DNA of 35,755 nt from a bacterium (GTDB lineage: Bacteria > Eisenbacteria > RBG-16-71-46). The notes under the pieces are model-generated. The model saw only the letters and a list, made by a program, of their open reading frames with translations, ran no database searches and was not told where the DNA came from. The stretch lies in assembly GCA_043779265.1 (NCBI GenBank), contig JAYWEM010000138.1, forward strand, positions 1 to 35,755. The letters run 5' to 3'. Position 1 is the stretch's first letter; each line of letters opens with the position of its first letter. The translations under genes were made by a program, and so were the position numbers. Of this stretch, positions 1 through 8,778 are shown piece by piece.

Positions 1-949
1 AGTGGCCCTGAAGTGCGGGCAAGGCGGAGCCTCGGTACACGATGCCGCCGGTGATCGAGCAGCCATCGCCTCGCCCATACTCGTGGACCGGGTTCGTCAG
101 GCTGGCCGGCCTCGGGCGAGGCGGACCGAAGTCGTGCGAGCCCTCGCGCAAGTTCCATCCGAAGTCGAGACCGCCACGGCGCGAATCGACCGCATTGATC
201 TCCTCCCACTTGTTCTGGCCGACATCCGCGATCCAAAGCGTGCCGGTCGCGCGGTCGAACGCGTACTTCCAGGGATTGCGCAGCCCCCTCGCCCAGATCT
301 CGGGAGCGGCCTCGCGACCGTCGCGGTGCGGATTGTCGGGGGGGATGGCGTACGGCGTGCCCCGATCGATGTCGATCCTCAGCATCTTCCCGAGCAACGA
401 CCTCGGGTTCTGCGCGAAGCCCTGCGGGTCGCCTCCCGAACCGCCATCGCCTGTTCCGATCCACAACATGCTGTCGGGCCCGAATGCGACGCTGCCGCCG
501 TTGTGATTGCCGTAGGGCTGGCGGATGTGGAGCAGTTCACGGGCACTCGAGACATCCGCGGAGTCGCGATCGCGGCTGACTCGATAGCGGACGATGCGCG
601 TGTCACCGTCGCGGTCGGTGTAGTTGACGACGAACAATCCGTTCTGGGCATAGCGCGGGTGGAATGCGAGTCCCAGCAGGCCGCGCTCGCCCCGATAGGA
701 GACCTGCCGGCTCAGATCGAGGAAGGGACGGGCCGCCACGACGCCATCGCGCACGATGCGGATCCGGCCCGCCTGCTCGACGACGAACAGCCTCGGATCC
801 GACCTGGGTGCGGTGAGGGCGACCGGAGCATCGACGCGGTCGGTGACGAGCCGTGTGCGCAGACCCTGGCGAGTCGGCGTCGAGGGGGCGGCACATGCGG
901 AGAGCGGTGAGAGCAGGGTGATCGCGGTCAGCAGGTGGGAGAGTCGCAT
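1..949 (-). CDS. PQQ-dependent sugar dehydrogenase (glucose/sorbosone dehydrogenase family), probable lipoprotein; 3' end runs off the window
   Basis: Not in the ORF track, so translated by hand from the ATG at 949: MRLSHLLTAITLLSPLSAC (lipobox-like LSAC), then LFVVEQAGRI, GERGLLGLAFHP, NHNGG, FGPD..LWIGTGDGG, GKMLRID, IWARGLRNPW and ADVGQ..WEEIN, all typical of this family. The + strand ORF 2..910 is its antisense shadow. Confidence 0.9.
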   Translation of the reverse strand, partial: MRLSHLLTAITLLSPLSACAAPSTPTRQGLRTRLVTDRVDAPVALTAPRSDPRLFVVEQAGRIRIVRDGVVAARPFLDLSRQVSYRGERGLLGLAFHPRYAQNGLFVVNYTDRDGDTRIVRYRVSRDRDSADVSSARELLHIRQPYGNHNGGSVAFGPDSMLWIGTGDGGSGGDPQGFAQNPRSLLGKMLRIDIDRGTPYAIPPDNPHRDGREAAPEIWARGLRNPWKYAFDRATGTLWIADVGQNKWEEINAVDSRRGGLDFGWNLREGSHDFGPPRPRPASLTNPVHEYGRGDGCSITGGIVYRGSALPALQGH

Positions 950-964
950 GCGGACAGCCTAACG

Positions 965-999
965 CAGCGACCCCGCACGCGGAACGTACGGGGTCGTTG
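965..999 (-). terminator. GC-rich hairpin just downstream of aceA (possible terminator or mRNA stabiliser)
   Basis: On the minus strand, CGACCCCGTACG-TTCCG-CGTGCGGGGTCG forms a 12-bp stem with one G-U pair, starting 17 nt after the aceA stop. There is no clear U-tract. Confidence 0.45.
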
Positions 1000-1016
1000 G
1001 TGTCAGAAACTGCGAA

Positions 1017-2297
1017 TCAGAACTGGTGGTGCTCGGTCGAGTCGGCGAGCGCGGCGGTCGAGGATTGGCCGCTCGAGATGACGTTCTGCAGTTCGTCGAA
1101 CCAGCCCGTTCCCACGAAGCTCTGGTGCTTGACCGCGTGGTAGCCATCCGACTTCTGCAGCTCGAACTCGCGATCCTGGAGCCGGGCGTAGGCGGTCATC
1201 GCCTCGTCGCGGTAGCCTCGCGCCAACTCGAACATGCTGAGGTTGAGCGCGTGGAAGCCTGCCAACGTGACGAACTGGAACGCGTAGCCCATCGCTCCGA
1301 GTTCCTTCTGGAAGCGCGCGATGGTGGCAGCGTCGAGCTTGGCGGACCAGTTGAAGGAAGGCGAGCAGTTGTAGGCCAGCATCTTGCCTGGGAAGCGGGC
1401 GTGGATGGCCTCGGCGAAGCGCTTCGCCTCGGCCAGATCCGGCGTGCTCGTCTCGCACCAGATGAGATCGGCCACCGGTGCGTAGGCGAGACCGCGCTCG
1501 ATCGCCATGTCCAGACCGCCTCGGATGCGCCAGAAGCCCTCGATCGTGCGCTCACCGGTCAAGAACGGGCGATCCCGCTCATCGACGTCGGACGTGATCA
1601 GATTGGCGGAGTTGGCGTCGGTGCGGGCGATCAGCACGCTCGGCACATCGAACACATCCGCAGCGAGACGAGCGGCTCGCAATTTCTGCACGAATTCGCG
1701 CGTCGGGACGAGCACCTTGCCGCCCAAGTGGCCGCACTTCTTCGCCGAGGCCAGCTGGTCCTCGTAGTGCACGCCGGCGGCGCCCGCCTCGATCATGGCC
1801 TTCATCAGTTCATAGGCGTTGAGATCACCGCCGAACCCCGCCTCGGCATCCGCGACGATCGGCGCGAGCCAGTGCACCTGGCCGGTTCGCCCCTCGAGCG
1901 TCGCGACCTGATCGGCCCGCAGCAGCGCATTGTTGATCCGCCGCACCACGTTGGGGACGGAGTCGACCGGATAGAGGCTCTGATCGGGGTACATGTGGCC
2001 CGCCGTGTTGGCATCGGCGGCCACCTGCCATCCCGAGAGATAGATGCCCTGCAGCCCGGCACCGACCATCTCGACTGCCTGGTTGCCGGTGAGCGCGCCC
2101 AGCGCGCGGACGGGAGGCTCGCTGCCCATCAGCTTCCAGAGGCGTTCGGCACCCATGCGCGCCAGGGACTGCTCGACGTGGAAGCTGCCGCGCAGTCGAA
2201 TCACATCCTCGGCGCTGTATCGCCGATCGATGCCCTTCCAACGTGCGTCACTCTCCCAGCTCGACTGGATCTCCGCTGCACTCCTGCTGTTCGCCAT
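1017..2297 (-). CDS. aceA: Isocitrate lyase (short type, 426 aa)
   Basis: Catalytic KKCGH motif plus [37 protein letters not shown] and a STExxQF C-terminus. Start set at MANSRS (2297), which has GGAGG upstream. Confidence 0.97.
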   Translation of the reverse strand: MANSRSAAEIQSSWESDARWKGIDRRYSAEDVIRLRGSFHVEQSLARMGAERLWKLMGSEPPVRALGALTGNQAVEMVGAGLQGIYLSGWQVAADANTAGHMYPDQSLYPVDSVPNVVRRINNALLRADQVATLEGRTGQVHWLAPIVADAEAGFGGDLNAYELMKAMIEAGAAGVHYEDQLASAKKCGHLGGKVLVPTREFVQKLRAARLAADVFDVPSVLIARTDANSANLITSDVDERDRPFLTGERTIEGFWRIRGGLDMAIERGLAYAPVADLIWCETSTPDLAEAKRFAEAIHARFPGKMLAYNCSPSFNWSAKLDAATIARFQKELGAMGYAFQFVTLAGFHALNLSMFELARGYRDEAMTAYARLQDREFELQKSDGYHAVKHQSFVGTGWFDELQNVISSGQSSTAALADSTEHHQF

Positions 2298-2364
2298 GTC
2301 TCGTTCCTCCAGCACCAGCCGAGCGGCCGGGGATTCGGCAGAAGCCACGCGGGCCCCGGCACGG

Positions 2365-3912
2365 TCAGATGGGATCGAACTGCGCGTTCTCGATCGAGTG
2401 CTTCGTCTGGGTGGATGCGGTCTGGAATGTCTCGGGTGCGTCACTCTCAGTCGACTGCGGCAGCGCGGCGATCTGTTCATCGGTCGCCTCGGCCAGTACT
2501 CGTGCGAGCAGCGCCTCGTCGTGGGGCACGAGGGCCCCGTCGGCGTCGAGCACGGGCGCCGCATCGCGGTGCCTCACACGCTGCGCCAGCATGAGACGGT
2601 AGATGCGATCGGTGGCGAGGTCCTCCATGTAGCCGTCGAGCAGGCTCGCGCCGCGGCCCTCGAGCACGCCCTGGCGATACCGGATCGCGGTGCGTGCAGC
2701 CGCCTCGGTCCCCGCCAGAGTTCGTGATCCGACACCCGTCGGGGCGGGGCGAAGGTCCGGGTATCGAGCAACACCCTCGGGCCTGCGGCCGAGTTGATTG
2801 GGACTCGGGAACTGGGCGACGGCGATCTCGTTCTGGTCGGGGTGGCCGGTCCATGCACCATCCATGAAGCAGTCGGCTTCGTTCTTCTTGTCGCGCGCGA
2901 GCGCCTCGAGCGCACGCGTGTTGAGTGCGGCATCGGCGCGGCTCGGGAACAGCGCGGTCATGCCGCCGATGGCGAGTGCGCCGCGACGGTGGCAGATGTC
3001 GACGAGCAGGAGTCGCAGTCGCTGGAAGAAAGGCACATCGCTCGGGATCGTGTTGCGGTCCGGAAGCACCCAACGTGCGTCCTCGAAGTTCCAGTGGATC
3101 AGGCTCGCCATGTAGTCCCAACGGCCGAGATTCAGGCCGACGATGTGTTCGCGCAGGCCGTGGAGGAACTCCTCCATCTCATAGGCCAGCGGGTGCGACT
3201 CGACGAGTGCCATGCAGCGGATGATGTCACGCGGCCAGCCACGCGAGGCGGCCACCGCCTGGAACACATCCCGCCACCACAGCGCCTCCTCGGCGCTCTC
3301 GCTCTTCGGGATGTAGATCGCGAGCGGGTGCCGGAGCTTCGAGGGGTCGACCTGGAAGGCGATGAGGGCGAGGTCGAAGAGCGATGCACTCAGCTGATCG
3401 GCTTCCGGCATCACGCCGGCCTGGGTCAGATGCAGCCCGCGCACTCGGCTCCAGATGGCGACGACGCTCGGCTCGATGCCCACCGTGCGCGATCGCTTGC
3501 GATCTTCGTACGTGAGCGTCCCATGGAGCGCTGCGACGATGTTGGAGACTCCCTGCATCAGCTGGGGCCACGCGTTCGCCATCGAGTCCTCGAGATCGAG
3601 CATCACGCCCGGGGCTCCCGAATTGAGCATCTTCACGACGAGTTCGGCGTCGTCGGCGGGACCGGTCATCTGATTGCGCTGATCGAGGCACCACTGCGGC
3701 ACCGTGATGCTCCAGTCCGATGTGGTGGCGTCGCTCGGCGGCCGATGGTCGGGCAGCGCGCCGTCGCGATGGGCGCTCGCGAGTCTCGAACGACGTGCCT
3801 CGAGCAGCGCCTTCTGACGTGGCGAGAACTCCGCATGCAAGGGAGCGAGGAACGCCATGAAACCGGCTGGCAGATCGTGTTCGATCCGCAGATCGGCCGG
3901 AGCGGTGTTCAT
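2365..3912 (-). CDS. aceB: Malate synthase A-like
   Basis: [22 protein letters not shown] (catalytic Arg), [24 protein letters not shown] and MEDLAT (catalytic Asp). Directly upstream of aceA on the same strand. An alternative TTG start at 3936 follows a GGAGG. Confidence 0.92.
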   Translation of the reverse strand: MNTAPADLRIEHDLPAGFMAFLAPLHAEFSPRQKALLEARRSRLASAHRDGALPDHRPPSDATTSDWSITVPQWCLDQRNQMTGPADDAELVVKMLNSGAPGVMLDLEDSMANAWPQLMQGVSNIVAALHGTLTYEDRKRSRTVGIEPSVVAIWSRVRGLHLTQAGVMPEADQLSASLFDLALIAFQVDPSKLRHPLAIYIPKSESAEEALWWRDVFQAVAASRGWPRDIIRCMALVESHPLAYEMEEFLHGLREHIVGLNLGRWDYMASLIHWNFEDARWVLPDRNTIPSDVPFFQRLRLLLVDICHRRGALAIGGMTALFPSRADAALNTRALEALARDKKNEADCFMDGAWTGHPDQNEIAVAQFPSPNQLGRRPEGVARYPDLRPAPTGVGSRTLAGTEAAARTAIRYRQGVLEGRGASLLDGYMEDLATDRIYRLMLAQRVRHRDAAPVLDADGALVPHDEALLARVLAEATDEQIAALPQSTESDAPETFQTASTQTKHSIENAQFDPI

Positions 3913-4189
3913 GGTATCGAGGGCGGCGCGTGACAAGGGACCTCCAGGACATGATTCGACGGAGGCCATCGTGGCCCCGCGCCCTATCATGATCGGCGCA
4001 TGGGTGGGCCGCACTGAAGCCCGGCCTCTCGCGCGAGGGGATGGGTTGAGGTGCAGCCCGGAAGCCGTTGTGGAAAGGCTATTTCGATCGCGCGAACTCT
4101 TTCGCAGCAGCCCCGGCGCCAGCGCCTCCGCTTGCTGCTATCGTGCCGAGTGTCGCGCGCGGGGCGCGACCTCCACCGGGAGCGAGCAC

Positions 4190-5227
4190 ATGCGCAAGTC
4201 GTCGCTGGCCCCCTTCGTCATCATGGCCGCGCAGGCCATCCACCGGCACCACCCGGCCGTTCATCCGCTGCTCGTCTTCGACGACTCGCCGCTCGTTCCG
4301 CCGGCCCGTCTGACGCCGGTGTTCCGTGGGTCGTTCGACTGGCACTCAGCGGTGCACGGTCACTGGGCGCTCGTTCGTGCACTCCGTGTGGCGCCGACTG
4401 CCGAGTGGGCCGAGTCGGCGCGAGGTGCACTTCGTCGTTCGTTCAGTGAGGAAGGTCTCGAGGCGGAGAAGGTCCATCTGCTCTCGCGACCCGGTTTCGA
4501 GAGGCCGTACGGACTCGCGTGGGTGCTGCGACTCGCGGCCGACCTGCGAGCGTGGAACGATCCCGATGCGACCTCCTGGATTCGAGGGCTGGAGCCACTC
4601 GAGGCGATCGCAGCGGAACGTCTGTTCGAGTGGATCGAACGACTGCCGCGCCCGATCCGCTCCGGTGAGCACTCGCAGAGCGCGTTCGCAACGGCGCTGA
4701 TGTTCGATTGGGCGAGTGAGACGGGTCAGCCGTCGCACGTGGATCGGATCCACACGATCGCGCGAGCCCTGCACGGCCGCGACCGTGACGCCCCGGTCCG
4801 CTTCGAGCCCTCGGCGCACGACTTCCTCTCGCCGATCCTCGCGGCCGCCGACCTGATGCGGCGCGTGATGAGCACCTCCGAGTTCGGAGATTGGTTCGGC
4901 GCCTACCTGCCACATCCGGATCGCGCCGAGGTCAGGCAGTGGCTCGAGCCCATGCCTGCGCCCGATCGGCGGGACGGGAAGCTGTCGCATCTCGATGGTC
5001 TGAGTCTGACCCGAGCGTGGATGCTGGAGGGGATCCTCTCGTCGCTTCCGAACGGGCACGGTGCCGCGCCCGCGCTCTTGGCGGCCGCCTCGCGGCTGCG
5101 TGAGGCGGGACTGCGCGGTGCGCTTGAGAACGACGATTGGATGGGGACGCACTGGCTCGGCAGCTTCGCCATCCACCTGTTGACCCACGCGGCGGCCCCG
5201 GGCTCGGAGCGCGACTCGCTCGCCTGA
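4190..5227 (+). CDS. DUF2891 family protein
   Basis: FxGSFDWHSAVHGHW, FERPYGLAW, RSGEHSQSAF, EPSAHDFLSP, HLDGLSLTRAW and GTHWLGSFA motifs. ATG at 4190 follows GGGAG. Confidence 0.85.
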   Translation: MRKSSLAPFVIMAAQAIHRHHPAVHPLLVFDDSPLVPPARLTPVFRGSFDWHSAVHGHWALVRALRVAPTAEWAESARGALRRSFSEEGLEAEKVHLLSRPGFERPYGLAWVLRLAADLRAWNDPDATSWIRGLEPLEAIAAERLFEWIERLPRPIRSGEHSQSAFATALMFDWASETGQPSHVDRIHTIARALHGRDRDAPVRFEPSAHDFLSPILAAADLMRRVMSTSEFGDWFGAYLPHPDRAEVRQWLEPMPAPDRRDGKLSHLDGLSLTRAWMLEGILSSLPNGHGAAPALLAAASRLREAGLRGALENDDWMGTHWLGSFAIHLLTHAAAPGSERDSLA

Positions 5228-5299
5228 ATTGGCACCGAAGCGCGCCCTCTCTCCGGGTGTCGTTGGAATCCGGGGCGCGCGCTGCCCTACTCTGTTGCC

Positions 5300-5647
5300 A
5301 TGCGTGAACGAGTCGTCTATCGGACTGGGGAGGGCCGAACCTGCCCCGACTGCGGATGGGCCGCGACCGACTGCCACTGTTCGAGCGCGTTGGCCTCGAA
5401 TGCCCCGATCACGGGCCCTGTCACCGCGAAGCTTCGAATGGAGCGGGCCGGACGAGGCGGCAAGCTGGTCACGGTGATCGACGGGCTGCCGACGAACACG
5501 ACGTTCCTCTCGGAACTGGCCGGTACGCTCAAGAAGGCGTGCGGGACGGGTGGCACGCTGCGGTCGGGCGCGATCGAGCTCGCGGGCGACGTGCGTGAGC
5601 GGATCCGCCCTCTGCTCATCGCGCGCGGCATCGTGCTGAAGGGCTGA
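5300..5647 (+). CDS. yciH: SUI1/eIF1-family translation initiation factor (YciH)
   Basis: GRGGKLVTVIDGL, LKKACGTGGT and IELAGD motifs; N-terminal CxxC..CxC extension. Confidence 0.9.
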   Translation: MRERVVYRTGEGRTCPDCGWAATDCHCSSALASNAPITGPVTAKLRMERAGRGGKLVTVIDGLPTNTTFLSELAGTLKKACGTGGTLRSGAIELAGDVRERIRPLLIARGIVLKG

Positions 5648-5656
5648 GGGGCGGGC

Positions 5657-6877
5657 GTGGACGATCTCGCTCGTAGGCTCTCGACTGCTTCGAATCGGGC
5701 AGCACTCGCTCGGATGCTCGAGGAGCACGTGATCGAGGTGCTCGCGCCCAGCTCGGTGGTTGTCTACCTGATGCAGGCCGAGGGCCATTTCGAGGCGACG
5801 AGCGGCAATCTGCCCGCCGGGCTCGAACGCCTGCCGCGAGACCTGCCCACCGGCAGGGGATGGTCCGAGGAGTTGGACCAGGCGGGAGGCGCTCTCGCGC
5901 ACGCTCCGGTTCGCACCCTGCTCGCAGCGATCGAGCCGGATCAACTCGTGCCGATCCCCGATCGCTCCGACCGGCTCGTCGGTTTGCTTGTGCTCGGTCG
6001 CAACTCCAAGCTCGGTGCCGACCAGGAGGAGGGGCGCCGAGCGCTCGCCTCGATCGCCACTCACGCGGGTATCGCGCTCGAGATCATCCAACTCGCCGAA
6101 CAACTGGCCGAGCGCATGGACGGCGAGCGCCGCTCCGAGCGCGAACTCGGCATCGCGCGCGATGTGCAACGCCGGTTGTTCCCGCAGAGCGTCCCCGAAC
6201 TCCCTTCGCTGGAGATCGCAGCGAGATGCGTGCAGGCTCGATCGGTGGGAGGGGACTACTACGATTTCCTCGATCTCGGTCCCGATCAGACGGGGTTCGT
6301 GCTGGCCGATGTCTCGGGCAAGGGCATGGCGGCAGCGCTGCGGATGGCCAATCTGCAGGCGCATCTGCGCAGTCAGATCGCGAGCGCTCCGAGGGACCCT
6401 TTGCGCGTGCTACGCCAAGTGAACCGCATGCTGCTCGAGTCGACGGACCCCGGTCACTTCGCGACGCTCTTCCTCGGCGTCTACACGGAGTCCTCGAGGC
6501 GGCTGAGCTACATCAACTGCGGCCACAATCCGCCGCTCTGTGTGAGACGTGATGGATCGATCGAGTGGCTGCATGCGACCGCCACCGTGCTCGGTTCGTT
6601 CGAACAGTGGGAGTGCACTCTGGGGCGCACGCAACTGGCGGCCGGCGATGTGCTGGTCGCCTACAGTGACGGTGTGACGGAAGCGGGCGCGGGCGAGCAT
6701 CTGTTCGGTGAGGAACGTCTGGCCGAGACGGTCCGCGAGCACGCGGCCCTCACCTGCGAGGCGATCGTGGACGCGTTGCTCGCTCGCGTTGAAAAGCACG
6801 CGCAAGGGTTGGCACTCGATGACCTCACGCTGCTCGTGACTCGCGGCCGGGATGTTCCATTGGGCGATATCCATTAG
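5657..6877 (+). CDS. GAF-like domain + SpoIIE/PP2C phosphatase (RsbU-like)
   Basis: ELGIARDVQRRLFP, VGGDYYDF, ADVSGKG, FATLFLG, NCGHNPP, YSDGVTEA and DDLTLL motifs; N-terminal GAF-like region (VGLLVLG). Confidence 0.9.
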   Translation: MDDLARRLSTASNRAALARMLEEHVIEVLAPSSVVVYLMQAEGHFEATSGNLPAGLERLPRDLPTGRGWSEELDQAGGALAHAPVRTLLAAIEPDQLVPIPDRSDRLVGLLVLGRNSKLGADQEEGRRALASIATHAGIALEIIQLAEQLAERMDGERRSERELGIARDVQRRLFPQSVPELPSLEIAARCVQARSVGGDYYDFLDLGPDQTGFVLADVSGKGMAAALRMANLQAHLRSQIASAPRDPLRVLRQVNRMLLESTDPGHFATLFLGVYTESSRRLSYINCGHNPPLCVRRDGSIEWLHATATVLGSFEQWECTLGRTQLAAGDVLVAYSDGVTEAGAGEHLFGEERLAETVREHAALTCEAIVDALLARVEKHAQGLALDDLTLLVTRGRDVPLGDIH

Positions 6878-6926
6878 GCTCACGCGCGAACCCAACCACT
6901 GCACACCACACTGCTCTGGGGGCTCC

Positions 6927-7020
6927 ATGGACCGGATCCGCGTTGCATCACTGCAGTACTACATTCGACCGGTGCCGAGCTTCGAGGCCTTCCGCGACCA
7001 GGTCGAGGGCCTCGTGGACA
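6927..7020 (+). pseudogene. N-terminal fragment of a carbon-nitrogen hydrolase (nitrilase-superfamily) gene
   Basis: MDRIRVASLQYYIRPVPSFEAFRDQVEGLVD resembles the first strand and helix of C-N hydrolases. Similarity stops before the expected FPE catalytic motif, and the frame then runs into the antisense of the kinase gene. Confidence 0.6.
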
Positions 7021-7078
7021 GGCAAGGAGAATCTCGCGACGGGGTCGGTGGCGAGGGTTCCGCCGTGCCGCCGTCGAG

Positions 7079-8428
7079 TCAGCTTCGCGCGATCGCTCGG
7101 CGATCGCCGGCCGGAAACAGGACGCAGAACGCGGTTCCCCGGCCTGGCTCGCTGGTCACTGAGATCTGACCGCTCATGCGCTCGATCAACTGGCGGCACA
7201 GCGCCAGCCCCATGCCGAGGCCGCCCTCCGTACGAGTGGAGGAGCCATCGATCTGCTCGAAGGCATTGAACACACTGGTCAGCTTCGCGGCGGGGACCCC
7301 GGGCCCATCATCGACGACCTGCACGCGGACCCAGAGGCGGTCCTCCTGCTGATGCATGTCGGCCTCGAGTCGGATGCGGCTGCCCTGTGGTGTGAACTTG
7401 ACTGCGTTGTCGATGAGCTCGTCGAGGATCTGGTGGAAGCGCGATCGATCGATCTTGGCGGGAACGAGATCGGGCGCCCATGAGGCCGTCAACTCCCGGA
7501 GCCCCGAGGCGACGCCGGGGCGGCGTCGGCTGAAGCAGCCCTCCAACTCCTCGCGAATCGAGAGGATCTCGATTTGAATCGGCGCCTGATTCCGGCTCAG
7601 CTCCGAGAAGGTCAGAAGATTCTCGACCAGGCTCCAGAGATTTCGCGCATTCTGCTGTGCGAGCGAGACGAAGTGATCGCGACTCCGGGCGTCCCCCGAC
7701 TGGTCGGTCACGCAATCGAGTGCACCGATCATGATCGTGAGCGGCGTTCGCAGCTCGTGATTGACGTTCGAGAGGAAGTCGGATTTCAGCTGGTCCATCT
7801 CGCCGAGCCGTTCATTCGACGCCTGCAATTGGCGGTTCGTCTCGAGCACGCGACTGTAGAGCCGACCGTTGAGGATCGACGGGCCGACGATGCCGAGCGA
7901 GGCCTCCAGGATGGCGAGGTCCTCCGACGCGTAGGGCGTCCCGTCGATCCGATTTCCGAGCGCGAGCCAGCCGAGGAGCTGGTCCCCGCCGCTGATGGGT
8001 GCGAAGAGCGCGATCCCGGCGTGTTCGAGCATGGGCAGGGCGGCCGGAGCAACGTGCTCACGAAGGGCCCAAGCCAGAATGGGCTCTCGCCTCGCAGCGA
8101 AGCGTCGTCCGATAGCGTCTGCGCACGTCGTGCCGACGGTCAGGGCGGATGATTTGGACAGGCCGCGATGGCGAACGAGAACGGCCTTGTTGGTCCCCTC
8201 TGTCATCAGCCAGAGCGCCGAGCGCGAGGTTCGGAACTGCCCCATCAAATTCAGCATGAGCAGATCCACGGTCTCGTAGAGGCCGAGCGAGACGTTCAAC
8301 TCGCTTGCCAGCTGCAGCATCGACTGGAACGCGTACTCACGCCGGTCCGCATGGAGCGAACCGGATGACGCGATCGGACGCAGCGGCTCGTCCGGCGTTC
8401 CCTCGGGCCGATGCAGGGCCTCACTCAT
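7079..8428 (-). CDS. Cytoplasmic GAF-domain sensor histidine kinase (GAF-HisKA-HATPase)
   Basis: H-box FLSNVNHELRTPL, N-box LIDNAVKF, G1 DDGPG, F-box FNAFEQID and G2 GGLGMGL; N-terminal GAF; no transmembrane segment seen. Confidence 0.93.
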   Translation of the reverse strand: MSEALHRPEGTPDEPLRPIASSGSLHADRREYAFQSMLQLASELNVSLGLYETVDLLMLNLMGQFRTSRSALWLMTEGTNKAVLVRHRGLSKSSALTVGTTCADAIGRRFAARREPILAWALREHVAPAALPMLEHAGIALFAPISGGDQLLGWLALGNRIDGTPYASEDLAILEASLGIVGPSILNGRLYSRVLETNRQLQASNERLGEMDQLKSDFLSNVNHELRTPLTIMIGALDCVTDQSGDARSRDHFVSLAQQNARNLWSLVENLLTFSELSRNQAPIQIEILSIREELEGCFSRRRPGVASGLRELTASWAPDLVPAKIDRSRFHQILDELIDNAVKFTPQGSRIRLEADMHQQEDRLWVRVQVVDDGPGVPAAKLTSVFNAFEQIDGSSTRTEGGLGMGLALCRQLIERMSGQISVTSEPGRGTAFCVLFPAGDRRAIARS

Positions 8429-8778
8429 GCAGCGCGAAGCCCCTGCACTGCGCTCTGCTCACTCGACTCGATGCGGAGGAACTGGTCGAGGTTGAGCAGG
8501 CGGAGGACGGCATCGACGGGGGGTGAGGGGTCGGCCAGGCAGAGCTGGAGGCCGGACTGACGGAACTCCTCGCTCAGGGCGAGCAGCGCGCCGATCCCGC
8601 TTGATGCGATGAACGTCACGCTGGCGAGATTCAGGATGAGGTCCCGGCGCGCGCTGCGCGCCGTGGCACAATCCTCGAGCATCTTGGCCGCATGGCGAGC
8701 GTCCATGTGTCCGCTCACGCGCAGTACGGTCGTGCGCGCGTCGAGGTCCGAGCGATCGATCGAGAATGTCCTGTCCAT
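8425..8778 (-). CDS. STAS-domain anti-sigma factor antagonist (RsbV/SpoIIAA-like)
   Basis: 117 aa; VLRVSGHMD, LILNLASVTFIASSGIGALL (phosphoacceptor Ser region) and VLRLLNLDQFL. Confidence 0.9.
   Translation of the reverse strand: MDRTFSIDRSDLDARTTVLRVSGHMDARHAAKMLEDCATARSARRDLILNLASVTFIASSGIGALLALSEEFRQSGLQLCLADPSPPVDAVLRLLNLDQFLRIESSEQSAVQGLRAA

Noticed and set aside
5340..5380. Cys-rich CxxC..CxC N-terminus of YciH as a novelty
   Set aside because: Similar extensions are common in bacterial YciH/SUI1 proteins.
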